Shown in pieces: positions 1-9,001 of a stretch of DNA of 64,000 nt (the stretch's first letter is position 1; each line of letters opens with the position of its first letter). Under the pieces are notes generated by a model. It was not told the origin of the DNA, searched no databases, and saw only the letters and a program-made list of their open reading frames with translations. The DNA comes from a virus (taxonomy: Duplodnaviria; Caudoviricetes): IMG/VR virus record IMGVR_UViG_3300024346_000004; one strand, 5' to 3'. Both the position numbers and the translations under genes were made by a program.

Positions 1-401
1 CCGGAAATGATGCCGGGAGAACAAATTATCCTGCTAGATATGATGAAGTTATTGCTGTCGCTGCTTTGGATAGAACTGGTAATTTGGCTCATTTTTCCAG
101 TAGATCTGATGAAGTAGATGCTGTAGCTCCTGGGGTTGATATTTATGCATGTCACTTAAACAAAGGATATGCAAAGTTAAATGGCACTAGTCAAGCATGC
201 CCGTTTATGGCTGGTGTTTGTGCTTTATTATTAGCATGGTCAAGAAAAACACCCGATGTTCCATTGATCAAGAATTACCAAGATATGTTGCAAAGATTAG
301 ATGATGTTTGCGACAAAGATAGTAATAATGTTTCTCTTGGAAGATCTGGTGAATGGGGATTTGGTATTCCATCTTTTGCTAATAATAAATTTAGACCGTA
401 A
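1..401 (+). CDS. Subtilisin-family (S8) serine protease, C-terminal part (5' truncated by window)
   Basis: Frame open from nt 3: GND..YPARYDEVIAVAALD..FSS..APGVDI..NGTSQACP (oxyanion Asn and catalytic Ser motif GTSxA). Confidence 0.9.
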   Translation, partial: GNDAGRTNYPARYDEVIAVAALDRTGNLAHFSSRSDEVDAVAPGVDIYACHLNKGYAKLNGTSQACPFMAGVCALLLAWSRKTPDVPLIKNYQDMLQRLDDVCDKDSNNVSLGRSGEWGFGIPSFANNKFRP

Positions 402-479
402 CTGAGGAAGAGCAAGTCTCAAAATAAAAATGTACTCAGCTCTTCTCCAATGTAACTCATAAAAACTGGAGAAGAGAAT

Positions 480-938
480 ATGAAATTGAAATATAGTTTA
501 ATAATTATATTTTTAGCTATTTCTGTGTATTTATTGGCTTATAGGCCGTTTAGAGTAGTAATGGTTATTGGAGAATCAATGACACCTACTCTAAAACCAT
601 TTCAATTAGTTTTAGCTTATAAAACAGATAAACTAAAAACAGGCGATGTGGTTATTATCGATAGTATTGAAGCAGAAACATTAATAAAAAGAATAAAATA
701 TGCGTCTGGTGATAAATACTCTTATTATATGGATTATTCTGGCATGATTTTGATGCCAGATAATAAAAAAGATCTTTATAATTTCTTACAAAATCATCAT
801 AATTACAATAGAGTTATGACTTTTCAAATAAAAAAAGATTATTATTTTGTTTTGGGTGATAATCTAGAAAATTCTGATGATAGTAGAAGATTTGGCCCAG
901 TAGCTAAATCTTACATAAAATATAAGGTTATTATGTAA
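480..938 (+). CDS. lepB: Signal peptidase I (S26)
   Basis: N-terminal TM segment; GESMTPTL (Ser), LIKRI (Lys), YFVLGDN..NSDDSR.FGPV boxes. Confidence 0.9.
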   Translation: MKLKYSLIIIFLAISVYLLAYRPFRVVMVIGESMTPTLKPFQLVLAYKTDKLKTGDVVIIDSIEAETLIKRIKYASGDKYSYYMDYSGMILMPDNKKDLYNFLQNHHNYNRVMTFQIKKDYYFVLGDNLENSDDSRRFGPVAKSYIKYKVIM

Positions 939-1615
939 TGTCATTTAAGTTAAGTGTTGATTTAATCGAGTGGAATATGAAAGCTGCCCAAAAGGTCAGT
1001 GATCCCATTAAAGAAGTAATCCAGGATGCAATCAAAGCCAGTTGTACTATTTACGTTAAAACAGGTAAAGAACAATGGACAGGTAGTGGTTTTCATTTAG
1101 GTAATGGATATATTGCTACTGCTGGTCATGTTGCTCCAGAAGATCTAAAATCAATGGGAGCTCAGATTATAATCACATTTGACGGACAATCATTATATGA
1201 AGCTAGTGTAGTTTTAAGCAGTGATGAATATGACAGCGCTGTATTGTATTGCCAAGATATTGCTAGAATCGTACCTTCAGTTAATTTAGCAGATTCTGAT
1301 ACAGTGGAAATAGGCGATATAATTGCTGTCATTGGTGCTCCAGAGGGCTGGCAAGACACAGCAACGGTTGGCAGAGTAAGTAATATTCACCAATCTGTTC
1401 CTGGTGATGCTGGCCCTTCTTGGCAAGATATTATTTTTATTGATGCTGATATTCTGCAAGGAGTATCAGGCGGAATGGTTATTGGTACTGACGGTCTCGT
1501 AATAGGACATGTTATAGGTGTAACTGGGCAACACGCAGATGTAGGTGTGGGCGAAAATTCTGTATGCCCTATCAACAAGCTAAAATTATTACTTAATTCA
1601 ATTTCTAGCGTATAA
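938..1615 (+). CDS. Trypsin-like (S1, HtrA-like protease domain without PDZ) serine protease
   Basis: GSGF..TAGHV (His), DSAVL (Asp), [11 protein letters not shown] (Ser); start overlaps upstream stop (TAATG). Confidence 0.88.
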   Translation: MSFKLSVDLIEWNMKAAQKVSDPIKEVIQDAIKASCTIYVKTGKEQWTGSGFHLGNGYIATAGHVAPEDLKSMGAQIIITFDGQSLYEASVVLSSDEYDSAVLYCQDIARIVPSVNLADSDTVEIGDIIAVIGAPEGWQDTATVGRVSNIHQSVPGDAGPSWQDIIFIDADILQGVSGGMVIGTDGLVIGHVIGVTGQHADVGVGENSVCPINKLKLLLNSISSV

Positions 1616-1622
1616 TATATGT

Positions 1623-2624
1623 GTGGACTACTATTCAATTTTAGGCGTAGATAAAAACGCATCTCAAGACGATATCAAAGCTTCATATCGCAAATTAGCA
1701 AGACAATTTCACCCAGACGTAAATAAAGAATCTGGTGCTGAAGAAAAGTTTAAGCAATTGGGTGAAGCATATTCTGTATTATCTGACCCAAATAAAAGAC
1801 AACAGTACGATAATCCTCAGCAGTTTAGACCTCAACAATCTGGGTTTGATCCATTCGGTTTTGATCCATTCTCAAATCCATTTCAAAGACAGCCACAACA
1901 AAATAATAGAAATATGCCTGTGTCAGTAAACATAGGACTATCATTAAAAGAAATTTATAATTCTGTTGAAAAAACAATTAATTATTCTAGAAATGTATGT
2001 TGCCATGATTGTTCTGGAAAAGGTGGATCTGGGTCTAAAAATATATGTCAACAATGCCAAGGTAGGGGCAGAAACATACAACAGATTCATGAGGGTATGT
2101 ATGTTCATGTAGTTGATTCTGGACCTTGTCAAGTTTGTAATGGTAATGGAATGATGTATTCATCTCCATGTTTAAAATGTAATGGAGCGGGATTCAAAAA
2201 TGAGAATTCATCCGTTACAGTTACTACAAAACATGGTATTTTATTTGATAATATTATTTTATCTGGTAAAGGTAATCATGTAGATCCAAACCAACAACCT
2301 GCTCCATTAATTATAGAATTTTATTTGGCTGATAATTCATTCCAATTTGATCAACAAGGTAATGGGATTAAGGAATATTTTATTAATCCAATTGAAGCTT
2401 TATTGGGCGACGAAATGGAAGTTGTTATGCCCGATGAAACACAATCTAAAATGAGAATACCTGCACACACCGCAAATAATCATATGTTTAGATTTGCAAA
2501 TAAAGGGTTACCAAGACCTAATGGATTTGGTGATTTCTTCGTCAAAATTTTGTATAAAAACCCTGATAGTATAACCGATAAGCAGAAAGAAATATTACAA
2601 AGTTATCTTGAGACTTTGAAGTGA
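1623..2624 (+). CDS. dnaJ: DnaJ chaperone (class A)
   Basis: J domain [11 protein letters not shown]; four CxxCxGxG motifs; C-terminal domain; GTG start. Confidence 0.95.
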   Translation: MDYYSILGVDKNASQDDIKASYRKLARQFHPDVNKESGAEEKFKQLGEAYSVLSDPNKRQQYDNPQQFRPQQSGFDPFGFDPFSNPFQRQPQQNNRNMPVSVNIGLSLKEIYNSVEKTINYSRNVCCHDCSGKGGSGSKNICQQCQGRGRNIQQIHEGMYVHVVDSGPCQVCNGNGMMYSSPCLKCNGAGFKNENSSVTVTTKHGILFDNIILSGKGNHVDPNQQPAPLIIEFYLADNSFQFDQQGNGIKEYFINPIEALLGDEMEVVMPDETQSKMRIPAHTANNHMFRFANKGLPRPNGFGDFFVKILYKNPDSITDKQKEILQSYLETLK

Positions 2625-2634
2625 GGATAAAATT

Positions 2635-2850
2635 ATGTCAATGATTAAGCGAGCTACTGGATCTATTCAGTCTTTTACATCTGAAGAGGGCGTAGAAGAA
2701 GAGATTAAGGTTGTAGAATCTGATGAAACACAGCCAGCTCCACAATCTATTATTGTTAAAGATGTATTGGACATTCCATTAGTAACATCTATGGATTTAG
2801 ATATCAATGCTACTGATGAAAGTGATGATGTAGTAGCTAAGGACTGCTAA
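2635..2850 (+). CDS. Small acidic hypothetical protein
   Basis: 71-aa ORF with SD GAGGA; abuts next gene. Confidence 0.6.
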   Translation: MSMIKRATGSIQSFTSEEGVEEEIKVVESDETQPAPQSIIVKDVLDIPLVTSMDLDINATDESDDVVAKDC

Positions 2851-3321
2851 ATGGATATACTTCAGCGAGCAGGTGTTCTTGATAAAATTATGAACACCTT
2901 ATATCATGTTGGTAAAGATCATATTATTTTAGTAATCAGCTTTATTTTAGCTGTTTTACTTCTTCCATTTATTGCAAAAAGATTTAAAACAGAATCTGAT
3001 TACGTATACAAAGTGTTATTGTTAGTCAAAAGTGTATTGGGTTCAAAACTTGGTACTAAAGGTCAAGTAATTTTAGATGCTTGGGCTGAAGGTATCAAAC
3101 GAGCTTCTGATGGTACATTTGATGGTGCTGACAAAGTTGATCAACTAATTAGATTTCTCAAAATCGTTGCATCTCAAAATAATATTGAATTATCAGAGAC
3201 AGATGTAGCTATTATTACTGAATTAGCGGAAACATCTCTTAGTATGCTTCAAGGCCAGAAAAAGATTGATATTGCAGTGGGTGTGGATAAATTTCAATCA
3301 ATGTCTCATGTAATTGCATAA
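2851..3321 (+). CDS. Membrane protein, possible LL-H-type holin
   Basis: Single N-terminal TM (IILVISFILAVLLLPFIA); GADK..LIRFLK..NIELSETDVAIITE resembles the LL-H holin pattern. Confidence 0.45.
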   Translation: MDILQRAGVLDKIMNTLYHVGKDHIILVISFILAVLLLPFIAKRFKTESDYVYKVLLLVKSVLGSKLGTKGQVILDAWAEGIKRASDGTFDGADKVDQLIRFLKIVASQNNIELSETDVAIITELAETSLSMLQGQKKIDIAVGVDKFQSMSHVIA

Positions 3322-3342
3322 ATCGCATGAGCATGATATTAT
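3314..3342 (+). promoter_or_regulatory. sigma70-type promoter of the helicase gene (near-leaderless)
   Basis: TTGCAT-17 nt-TATTAT with extended TG; ATG 9 nt downstream; no SD. Confidence 0.55.
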
Positions 3343-3351
3343 TATTGTGAA

Positions 3352-5163
3352 ATGGTTGAAATTCACGTAAACAATCACGCATGCTTTATTGTAGGGTCAT
3401 TTTCGGATGACCCTTTTTATTCTAATTCTGTACATAATGAAATCAAAAAAGCATTATCTTACAAAGTACCGAATCATGAATGGTCTGAAAAATATAAGCA
3501 AGGCATTTGGGATGGTACGATTTCAATTTATAATCGTAAGCTAAGTCAATTTCCAACAGGATTGCTTTATAGGGTTATTGGATTATTAGATGAGCTCAAT
3601 GTTGAGCATAAAATTATAGATAATCGTAAAAGACCTAAAAAGGTTTACCCTTTAACATTAGATTTAGGTAATCGTACATTAAGAGATTACCAAAAACTCT
3701 CAGCAGAAAAATTTGCAGAAACTGGCACTGGTATTCTTGCTTTAGCTACTGGTGCTGGTAAAACATTAACTTCTTGCTACTTGTTTACCCAAATACAAAC
3801 TTACCCTGTTGTATTTATTGTTCCAGCCTTAGAATTGCTTAATCAAACTCAAAAAGAATTTGAAAAGTATTTAAGATTAGATGGTAAACCAGTTAAGGTA
3901 GGGAAAATTGGTGGTGGTGTAGTTGATATCAATATGGAAGGTATCAATGTCTGCACTTATCAAACTATTCTTACAGCATACAATAAAAAATATAATGAAA
4001 AGCAATATAAGATTGTTGAATCTAAAGATGGCGATGGTCCTAAATCTACCGAACAACTTCAAAAAGAATTTGATTTAGCTACAAAAAAGTGGAAGATTTC
4101 AGAAAATAATGCAAAAAGAGATTTATCTACATTATCATTAAGTATAGAGAATACTCAAAAGCAGATAGAAATAGAACAAGATCCCAAAAAGAAGAAAACA
4201 TTAACTACTTCATTAGCTAATCTTGAAAAACAATATAATAAAGATTTCGCTTCTAAAGTTAAAGTTGATTTAGCAGCATATAAAAAAGCTCAAACTGCAT
4301 GGGATAATAGACAAAAGATATTATATGAAAAATCACAAGTAAGAGATCTTATTTCTTCATGTAAAGGCTTTATTGTAGATGAAGCGCATTTGGCTGCAGT
4401 AGTTGTAGAAGAATTAAGATCTTTTGCACAAGAAGCTTTTTATTGTGGCGGAATGTCAGCAACTCCATATCGAACAGACAATCAAGAAATTCGTATAGAA
4501 GGTGCTTTAGGCGGGAAAATATACGAAGTAAGTAATAGTGATTTAATCGATAGGAAGTTCTTAGTACCTCCCAAAATCTTTATGGTTGAGATAGAAGAAT
4601 TTTCAACACCTCAAACATATGCTGACGCTTATGAGCAAAATATTGTAAATTCTTGGGAAAGAAACTATAGAATTAAACAATTTGCCGAATCTTTCAAAGA
4701 GGCTGGTTTACCTGTATTAATTTTAGTTGAAAGAAGAGAACATGGATTTATATTAGAATCTATGATTGAAGATGCAGTATTTGTTCCTGGTGGTGATAAG
4801 GGTGAAATAGACCCAACAGATGAAGAAAAGAATTACCGCAGAAGAATGCTTAATTCTGTGGAAAATAATGAAATAGTATTGATAGCTACACAATGGGCCA
4901 ATACAGGTGTAGATGCCCCTAAAATAGCCACTTTAATCATAGCTGGATCTTGCGCTTCTCCAGTTACAACATATCAGCAAGTAGGTAGAGTTCTAAGATG
5001 TGTAGGGCGAGATGCTAATGAATCTACACTAAACGGTAAACCATATGCTGTAGTGATAGATTTTTATGATCAACACAAGAATCTTAAAACCCATTCTAAT
5101 ATGAGGAAAAGGGTTTATAGATACGAAAGATCATGGGATTTTAAAATGATAAAGGCTACATAG
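3352..5163 (+). CDS. SF2 DEAH-box helicase (UvsW/ResIII-like) with a ~130-aa insertion
   Basis: LRDYQ, ATGAGKT, DEAH, SATP, TGVD, QQVGRVLR motifs. Confidence 0.9.
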   Translation: MVEIHVNNHACFIVGSFSDDPFYSNSVHNEIKKALSYKVPNHEWSEKYKQGIWDGTISIYNRKLSQFPTGLLYRVIGLLDELNVEHKIIDNRKRPKKVYPLTLDLGNRTLRDYQKLSAEKFAETGTGILALATGAGKTLTSCYLFTQIQTYPVVFIVPALELLNQTQKEFEKYLRLDGKPVKVGKIGGGVVDINMEGINVCTYQTILTAYNKKYNEKQYKIVESKDGDGPKSTEQLQKEFDLATKKWKISENNAKRDLSTLSLSIENTQKQIEIEQDPKKKKTLTTSLANLEKQYNKDFASKVKVDLAAYKKAQTAWDNRQKILYEKSQVRDLISSCKGFIVDEAHLAAVVVEELRSFAQEAFYCGGMSATPYRTDNQEIRIEGALGGKIYEVSNSDLIDRKFLVPPKIFMVEIEEFSTPQTYADAYEQNIVNSWERNYRIKQFAESFKEAGLPVLILVERREHGFILESMIEDAVFVPGGDKGEIDPTDEEKNYRRRMLNSVENNEIVLIATQWANTGVDAPKIATLIIAGSCASPVTTYQQVGRVLRCVGRDANESTLNGKPYAVVIDFYDQHKNLKTHSNMRKRVYRYERSWDFKMIKAT

Positions 5164-5175
5164 AGTAGCCTTTAT
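5149..5175. terminator. Probable bidirectional intrinsic terminator
   Basis: 11-bp perfect stem ATAAAGGCTAC/GTAGCCTTTAT, 5-nt loop containing the helicase stop; lies between convergent ORFs. Confidence 0.65.
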
Positions 5176-5177
5176 TG

Positions 5178-5282
5178 TTAGTCAACCTTGAAATTGAATA
5201 CAGCACTATATACTGCTTCAAGCAATTCTTCAAATTCTTTTAAGAATCTCAATGTCTTTCTCCTTCTTATATTATTTCCCAT
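5178..5282 (-). CDS. Unannotated small ORF (34 aa from ATG 5282, or 24 aa from TTG 5252)
   Basis: (MGNNIRRRKT)LRFLKEFEELLEAVYSAVFNFKVD; SD AAGGAG 7 nt before the TTG; stop abuts the terminator. Confidence 0.5.
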   Translation of the reverse strand: MGNNIRRRKTLRFLKEFEELLEAVYSAVFNFKVD

Positions 5283-5410
5283 CAACGGAATATAAGATTC
5301 GACATTGAAACTTACATATGATTATACTGTACTGAATAGCATAACACCTAGAGGAAGCTATCTATTTTCTTAAAGAATATTACTCTTATCAACAAAAAAA
5401 GGCATATATC

Positions 5411-5761
5411 ATGAGAACACAGACTATTGTTGGAAAACCTAAATCATGCTTAAACCGTAATTGTCATTCTCCATTTTATAAAGAGTCCCATTTAGGCTGG
5501 CTTCCGAAATCAGAAGTGGAAGCTTATGCAATTATGAGATGTCCGAAATGTAAGGATACTTTTGCTGTTGTCCAATTAATGTCCATGGTATATGAATATA
5601 AAAATTCATTACCTAAAGACCCTAATAATGAGTTTAATCCTTCTTCTATATCATCAACAGAAATCAATAATTTCAGAAAGAAATTAGATGATTCTGATGC
5701 TTTAAAGAAAATATTTGAAGGCTTATATCCTGGTGGTAGCCTTTTTGATCCTGAAGAATAG
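5411..5761 (+). CDS. Hypothetical Zn-ribbon protein
   Basis: CLNRNC..CPKC cysteine pairs. Confidence 0.6.
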   Translation: MRTQTIVGKPKSCLNRNCHSPFYKESHLGWLPKSEVEAYAIMRCPKCKDTFAVVQLMSMVYEYKNSLPKDPNNEFNPSSISSTEINNFRKKLDDSDALKKIFEGLYPGGSLFDPEE

Positions 5762-5791
5762 CTTGTATAATTGCCATAGAGGGTAATTATT

Positions 5792-7516
5792 ATGGCAGTA
5801 GTAGGCATTGATTTAGGAACAACAAATTCATTAATTTCTTATATTAACAAGAATGGCATCCCTGAAGTAATCCCAAATTCAATTGGTTTTCGCACTACCC
5901 CATCTATTATCAGCTTTACTCCTGAGGGCGAAATATTTGTCGGTAGGGAAGCTGTAGATAACGAAACTTATTATCCAGAAACTACTTTTAGATCTGTTAA
6001 AAGATTCATGGGTACTAATCATAGATTTAATGTCTATGAAAAGATATATTCCCCCGAAGAATTATCTGCAGAAATACTAAAGAAATTAAAACAAGACGCA
6101 GAAACATTTTTAGGCGAATCTATTGAAGGAGCTGTCATAACGGTACCAGCTTATTTTAACAATGATCAACGACAATCTACAAAAATAGCTGGTGAATTAG
6201 CGGGTTTAAAGGTTATGAGAATTATTAATGAACCTACAGCTGCTTCTTTATCTTATGGATTAGATAAAAGTATAAATCAAACTGTTTTAGTATATGATCT
6301 TGGCGGTGGTACTTTTGATGTAACTATTCTCAAGATTTCTGATGGTATGGATTTTCATGTATTATCAACTTCAGGAGATACAAATTTAGGTGGAGATGAT
6401 TTTGATATCGCAATTATTGAAATGATTGCTGATAAATGTAATATCAATAGTTCTGACCTAAACACTGAACAATATGTAAGAATTAGAGATGCAGCAGAAA
6501 AAGCTAAAAAAGATCTTACATTCAAGGACAGTACGAGAATCAATCTTCATTATTTTCATTTTGTAGATGACCGCCCACAAGATATTAGATGTATTATTAC
6601 TAGAGAAGAATTTAATGAAAAAATTGCACCATTTGTAGATAAAACAAAAAAATGTGTGTCTTCTGCAATTTTTGATGCGGGATTGAAATTTGCAGATATT
6701 AATGAAGTGGTATTTGTCGGAGGATCAACTAGAGTTCCCTTTATTACAGAAGAAATTAAAAAGCTTACTGGCAAAAATCCTAATAAAACAATTAATCCCG
6801 ATGAAGCTGTTTCTGTAGGAGCCTGTATTCAAGCTGATGTTCTTACTGGTAAATCCGATAAGATGGTATTTCTTTTAGACGTAACTCCATTATCTTTAGG
6901 CGTAGAAATACAGGGCGGATTAATGAATAAGATGATTAGTAGAAATACATCTATTCCAGCCAAGTATACAGAAGTATTTACTACAGCATACGATAATCAA
7001 GAAGAAGTAGATGTCAAAGTGTTTCAAGGAGAAAGACCTAGAACAGAAGACAATATTCTTTTAGGTGAATTCAAGTTAGACAATTTAAAGAAACAACCTA
7101 GAGGCGTTACTAAAATTGAAGTGACATTTGAATTAGATTCGGATGGTATTTTATCTGTCAAAGCCCAAGATGAAACTACAGGGAATCAAAAGGATATTGT
7201 ATTAACTGGACAATCTTCATTATCGTCAGACCAAATTAAAAAACTGTTAGAAGATTCAGAAAAATTCAAAGCAGAAGATGAAGAATTTATTTATCATAAA
7301 AATCTTGAATACACAATTAATGATTTGATTATGCAAGTGGAAGAATTAATTAGAGTTCAAAAAAATAATGATGAATTAAAAGATATTTTGAAATCCTTAC
7401 AAGAAGTATCTGATTTTAAGAATAAAGAATTTATTAACGGATTGATAGAATCTGTAAAGGAGGATATATTAGAGATAAGCGATTTAATTTACAAGAAAGC
7501 AAAATCTTTAGTATGA
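5792..7516 (+). CDS. dnaK: Hsp70 chaperone DnaK
   Basis: GIDLGTTNS, TVPAYFN, INEPTAA, DLGGGTFDV, VGGSTRVP, LLDVTPLSLG. Confidence 0.96.
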   Translation: MAVVGIDLGTTNSLISYINKNGIPEVIPNSIGFRTTPSIISFTPEGEIFVGREAVDNETYYPETTFRSVKRFMGTNHRFNVYEKIYSPEELSAEILKKLKQDAETFLGESIEGAVITVPAYFNNDQRQSTKIAGELAGLKVMRIINEPTAASLSYGLDKSINQTVLVYDLGGGTFDVTILKISDGMDFHVLSTSGDTNLGGDDFDIAIIEMIADKCNINSSDLNTEQYVRIRDAAEKAKKDLTFKDSTRINLHYFHFVDDRPQDIRCIITREEFNEKIAPFVDKTKKCVSSAIFDAGLKFADINEVVFVGGSTRVPFITEEIKKLTGKNPNKTINPDEAVSVGACIQADVLTGKSDKMVFLLDVTPLSLGVEIQGGLMNKMISRNTSIPAKYTEVFTTAYDNQEEVDVKVFQGERPRTEDNILLGEFKLDNLKKQPRGVTKIEVTFELDSDGILSVKAQDETTGNQKDIVLTGQSSLSSDQIKKLLEDSEKFKAEDEEFIYHKNLEYTINDLIMQVEELIRVQKNNDELKDILKSLQEVSDFKNKEFINGLIESVKEDILEISDLIYKKAKSLV

Positions 7517-8097
7517 CCTCTTATGAATATGATAACAATTTAAGAACACAATATGGACCTTTAGTATGTGGCACTGATGAATGTGGTAGAGGTTCTTGGG
7601 TTTATTCTATTGTTGCAGCTAGTGTTGTAATGAAACCTGATTATTACAATGCTAAAATAAAAGATTCAAAGTTACTCTCGGAAAAATTGAGATCTCAATT
7701 ATATCAGGAAATTATTGATAATAGCCTATATTATAAAATAGTAGAAGCAGATAATCATTATATTGATAAATGGGGCATAAATAAAGCAAATATATATGTT
7801 ATGGAAGAATCTGCAAAAGAATCTAAAGCAAATATTTATGTAGTAGATCAATCACCGGCTTTTAGTTTAAATCCTTATCTTATGATGCCTAAAGCTGACA
7901 GTATTAGTTTTACTGTTTCATGTGCAAGTATTTTAGCTAAACATTATCATGACAGTAATTTAATAGAAATTGCAAAATCATATCCAGAATATAACTGGCA
8001 TAAAAATAAGGGTTATATTACAAAAGATCATAAAGAAGCTGTGATAAAATATGGTTTGTCCGATTTACATAGAAAGTCATATAAACTAAAATCATGA
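7513..8097 (+). CDS. rnhB: Ribonuclease HII
   Basis: GTDECGRG, KDSKLLS, KADS, ASILAK, NKGY, HRKSY; ATGA overlap with dnaK. Confidence 0.9.
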   Translation: MTSYEYDNNLRTQYGPLVCGTDECGRGSWVYSIVAASVVMKPDYYNAKIKDSKLLSEKLRSQLYQEIIDNSLYYKIVEADNHYIDKWGINKANIYVMEESAKESKANIYVVDQSPAFSLNPYLMMPKADSISFTVSCASILAKHYHDSNLIEIAKSYPEYNWHKNKGYITKDHKEAVIKYGLSDLHRKSYKLKS

Positions 8098-8498
8098 AGT
8101 TGTTTAATAATATTGGCATAGTATCTTCTTTTATTTGTGCAGTTCATTGTGCTATTACACCTTTACTATTAACTTTTTTACCGTTGTGGGGATTATCATT
8201 ATTAGCAGATAAAACATTTGAAGTTATTATGTTATGTTTATCTGGAATATTTGGAATACTTAATCTCTGTTTTGGTATTAAAAAACATAAATCATATAAA
8301 GCTTTAAGTTTATTTTCAATTGGATTCGGTCTGTCTGCAATTGGAAATATGTTTCACAGTCATATAGAAAATCATAAACATCACGAAATATTTGAACCAT
8401 ATATTCTTTTTCTAGTATTAGGCGGGATATTGATATGTATTTCTTATATTGTTAATTCTAAGCTTTGTAATTCTTGCAAGGTCTGTCATGTCAGATAA
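8094..8498 (+). CDS. MerC-domain membrane protein
   Basis: GIVSSFICAVHCAITPLL motif, four TM segments, His-rich loop, C-terminal CNSCKVCH. Confidence 0.75.
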   Translation: MKLFNNIGIVSSFICAVHCAITPLLLTFLPLWGLSLLADKTFEVIMLCLSGIFGILNLCFGIKKHKSYKALSLFSIGFGLSAIGNMFHSHIENHKHHEIFEPYILFLVLGGILICISYIVNSKLCNSCKVCHVR

Positions 8499-8994
8499 TA
8501 TTCCATCTAAATCTTTTAAAGAAAAAACCAACTCAGTAAATGAACTTGAGTTGGTTGATATAAGATTAGAAAAAATATTAATAGGTCCTAATGATAAGGC
8601 ATATGTGTTAATTGGTGATACTGAAAAAACAGTATGCTTTGAATTAAATTCTTTTGAAGGCAGTATGTTGTCTTTTGTTTATAAAGGCTTGCATACTAAT
8701 TCACATATACAAACAATACATCAGTTGTATATTAGATATTTGAAAGATCAGGGAACTAATCTTGAAAGGGTGGTAATTGAATCTAGAGCGGGAGATATTA
8801 CTTATGCTAGCTTAAGATTCGTTGATATCAAGCATAGAAGATATTATGCCATTTGTTCTTTAGGAGATGCTTTGATTCTTTCTTATTTAACAAAGTGCTC
8901 ACTCTCAGCAGTCAAAAAACCGTGGCTTACCTACGATCCTTATGATGACACCAATTATGAGCACTTTATTATAGATTTGTCCCCTGAAGACTAG
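8488..8994 (+). CDS. Divergent bifunctional-nuclease (DUF151/BFN)-like protein
   Basis: TIHQLY..LERVVIES..ITYASL..SLGDALILS matches the THDL/V.I/fya/PSDAia pattern; ATG 8488 preferred over TTG 8449. Confidence 0.6.
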   Translation: MSDNIPSKSFKEKTNSVNELELVDIRLEKILIGPNDKAYVLIGDTEKTVCFELNSFEGSMLSFVYKGLHTNSHIQTIHQLYIRYLKDQGTNLERVVIESRAGDITYASLRFVDIKHRRYYAICSLGDALILSYLTKCSLSAVKKPWLTYDPYDDTNYEHFIIDLSPED

Positions 8995-9001
8995 CGCTAA
9001 A

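Noticed and set aside
8094-8498. Mercury resistance operon
   Set aside because: No merA, merR, merT or merP nearby
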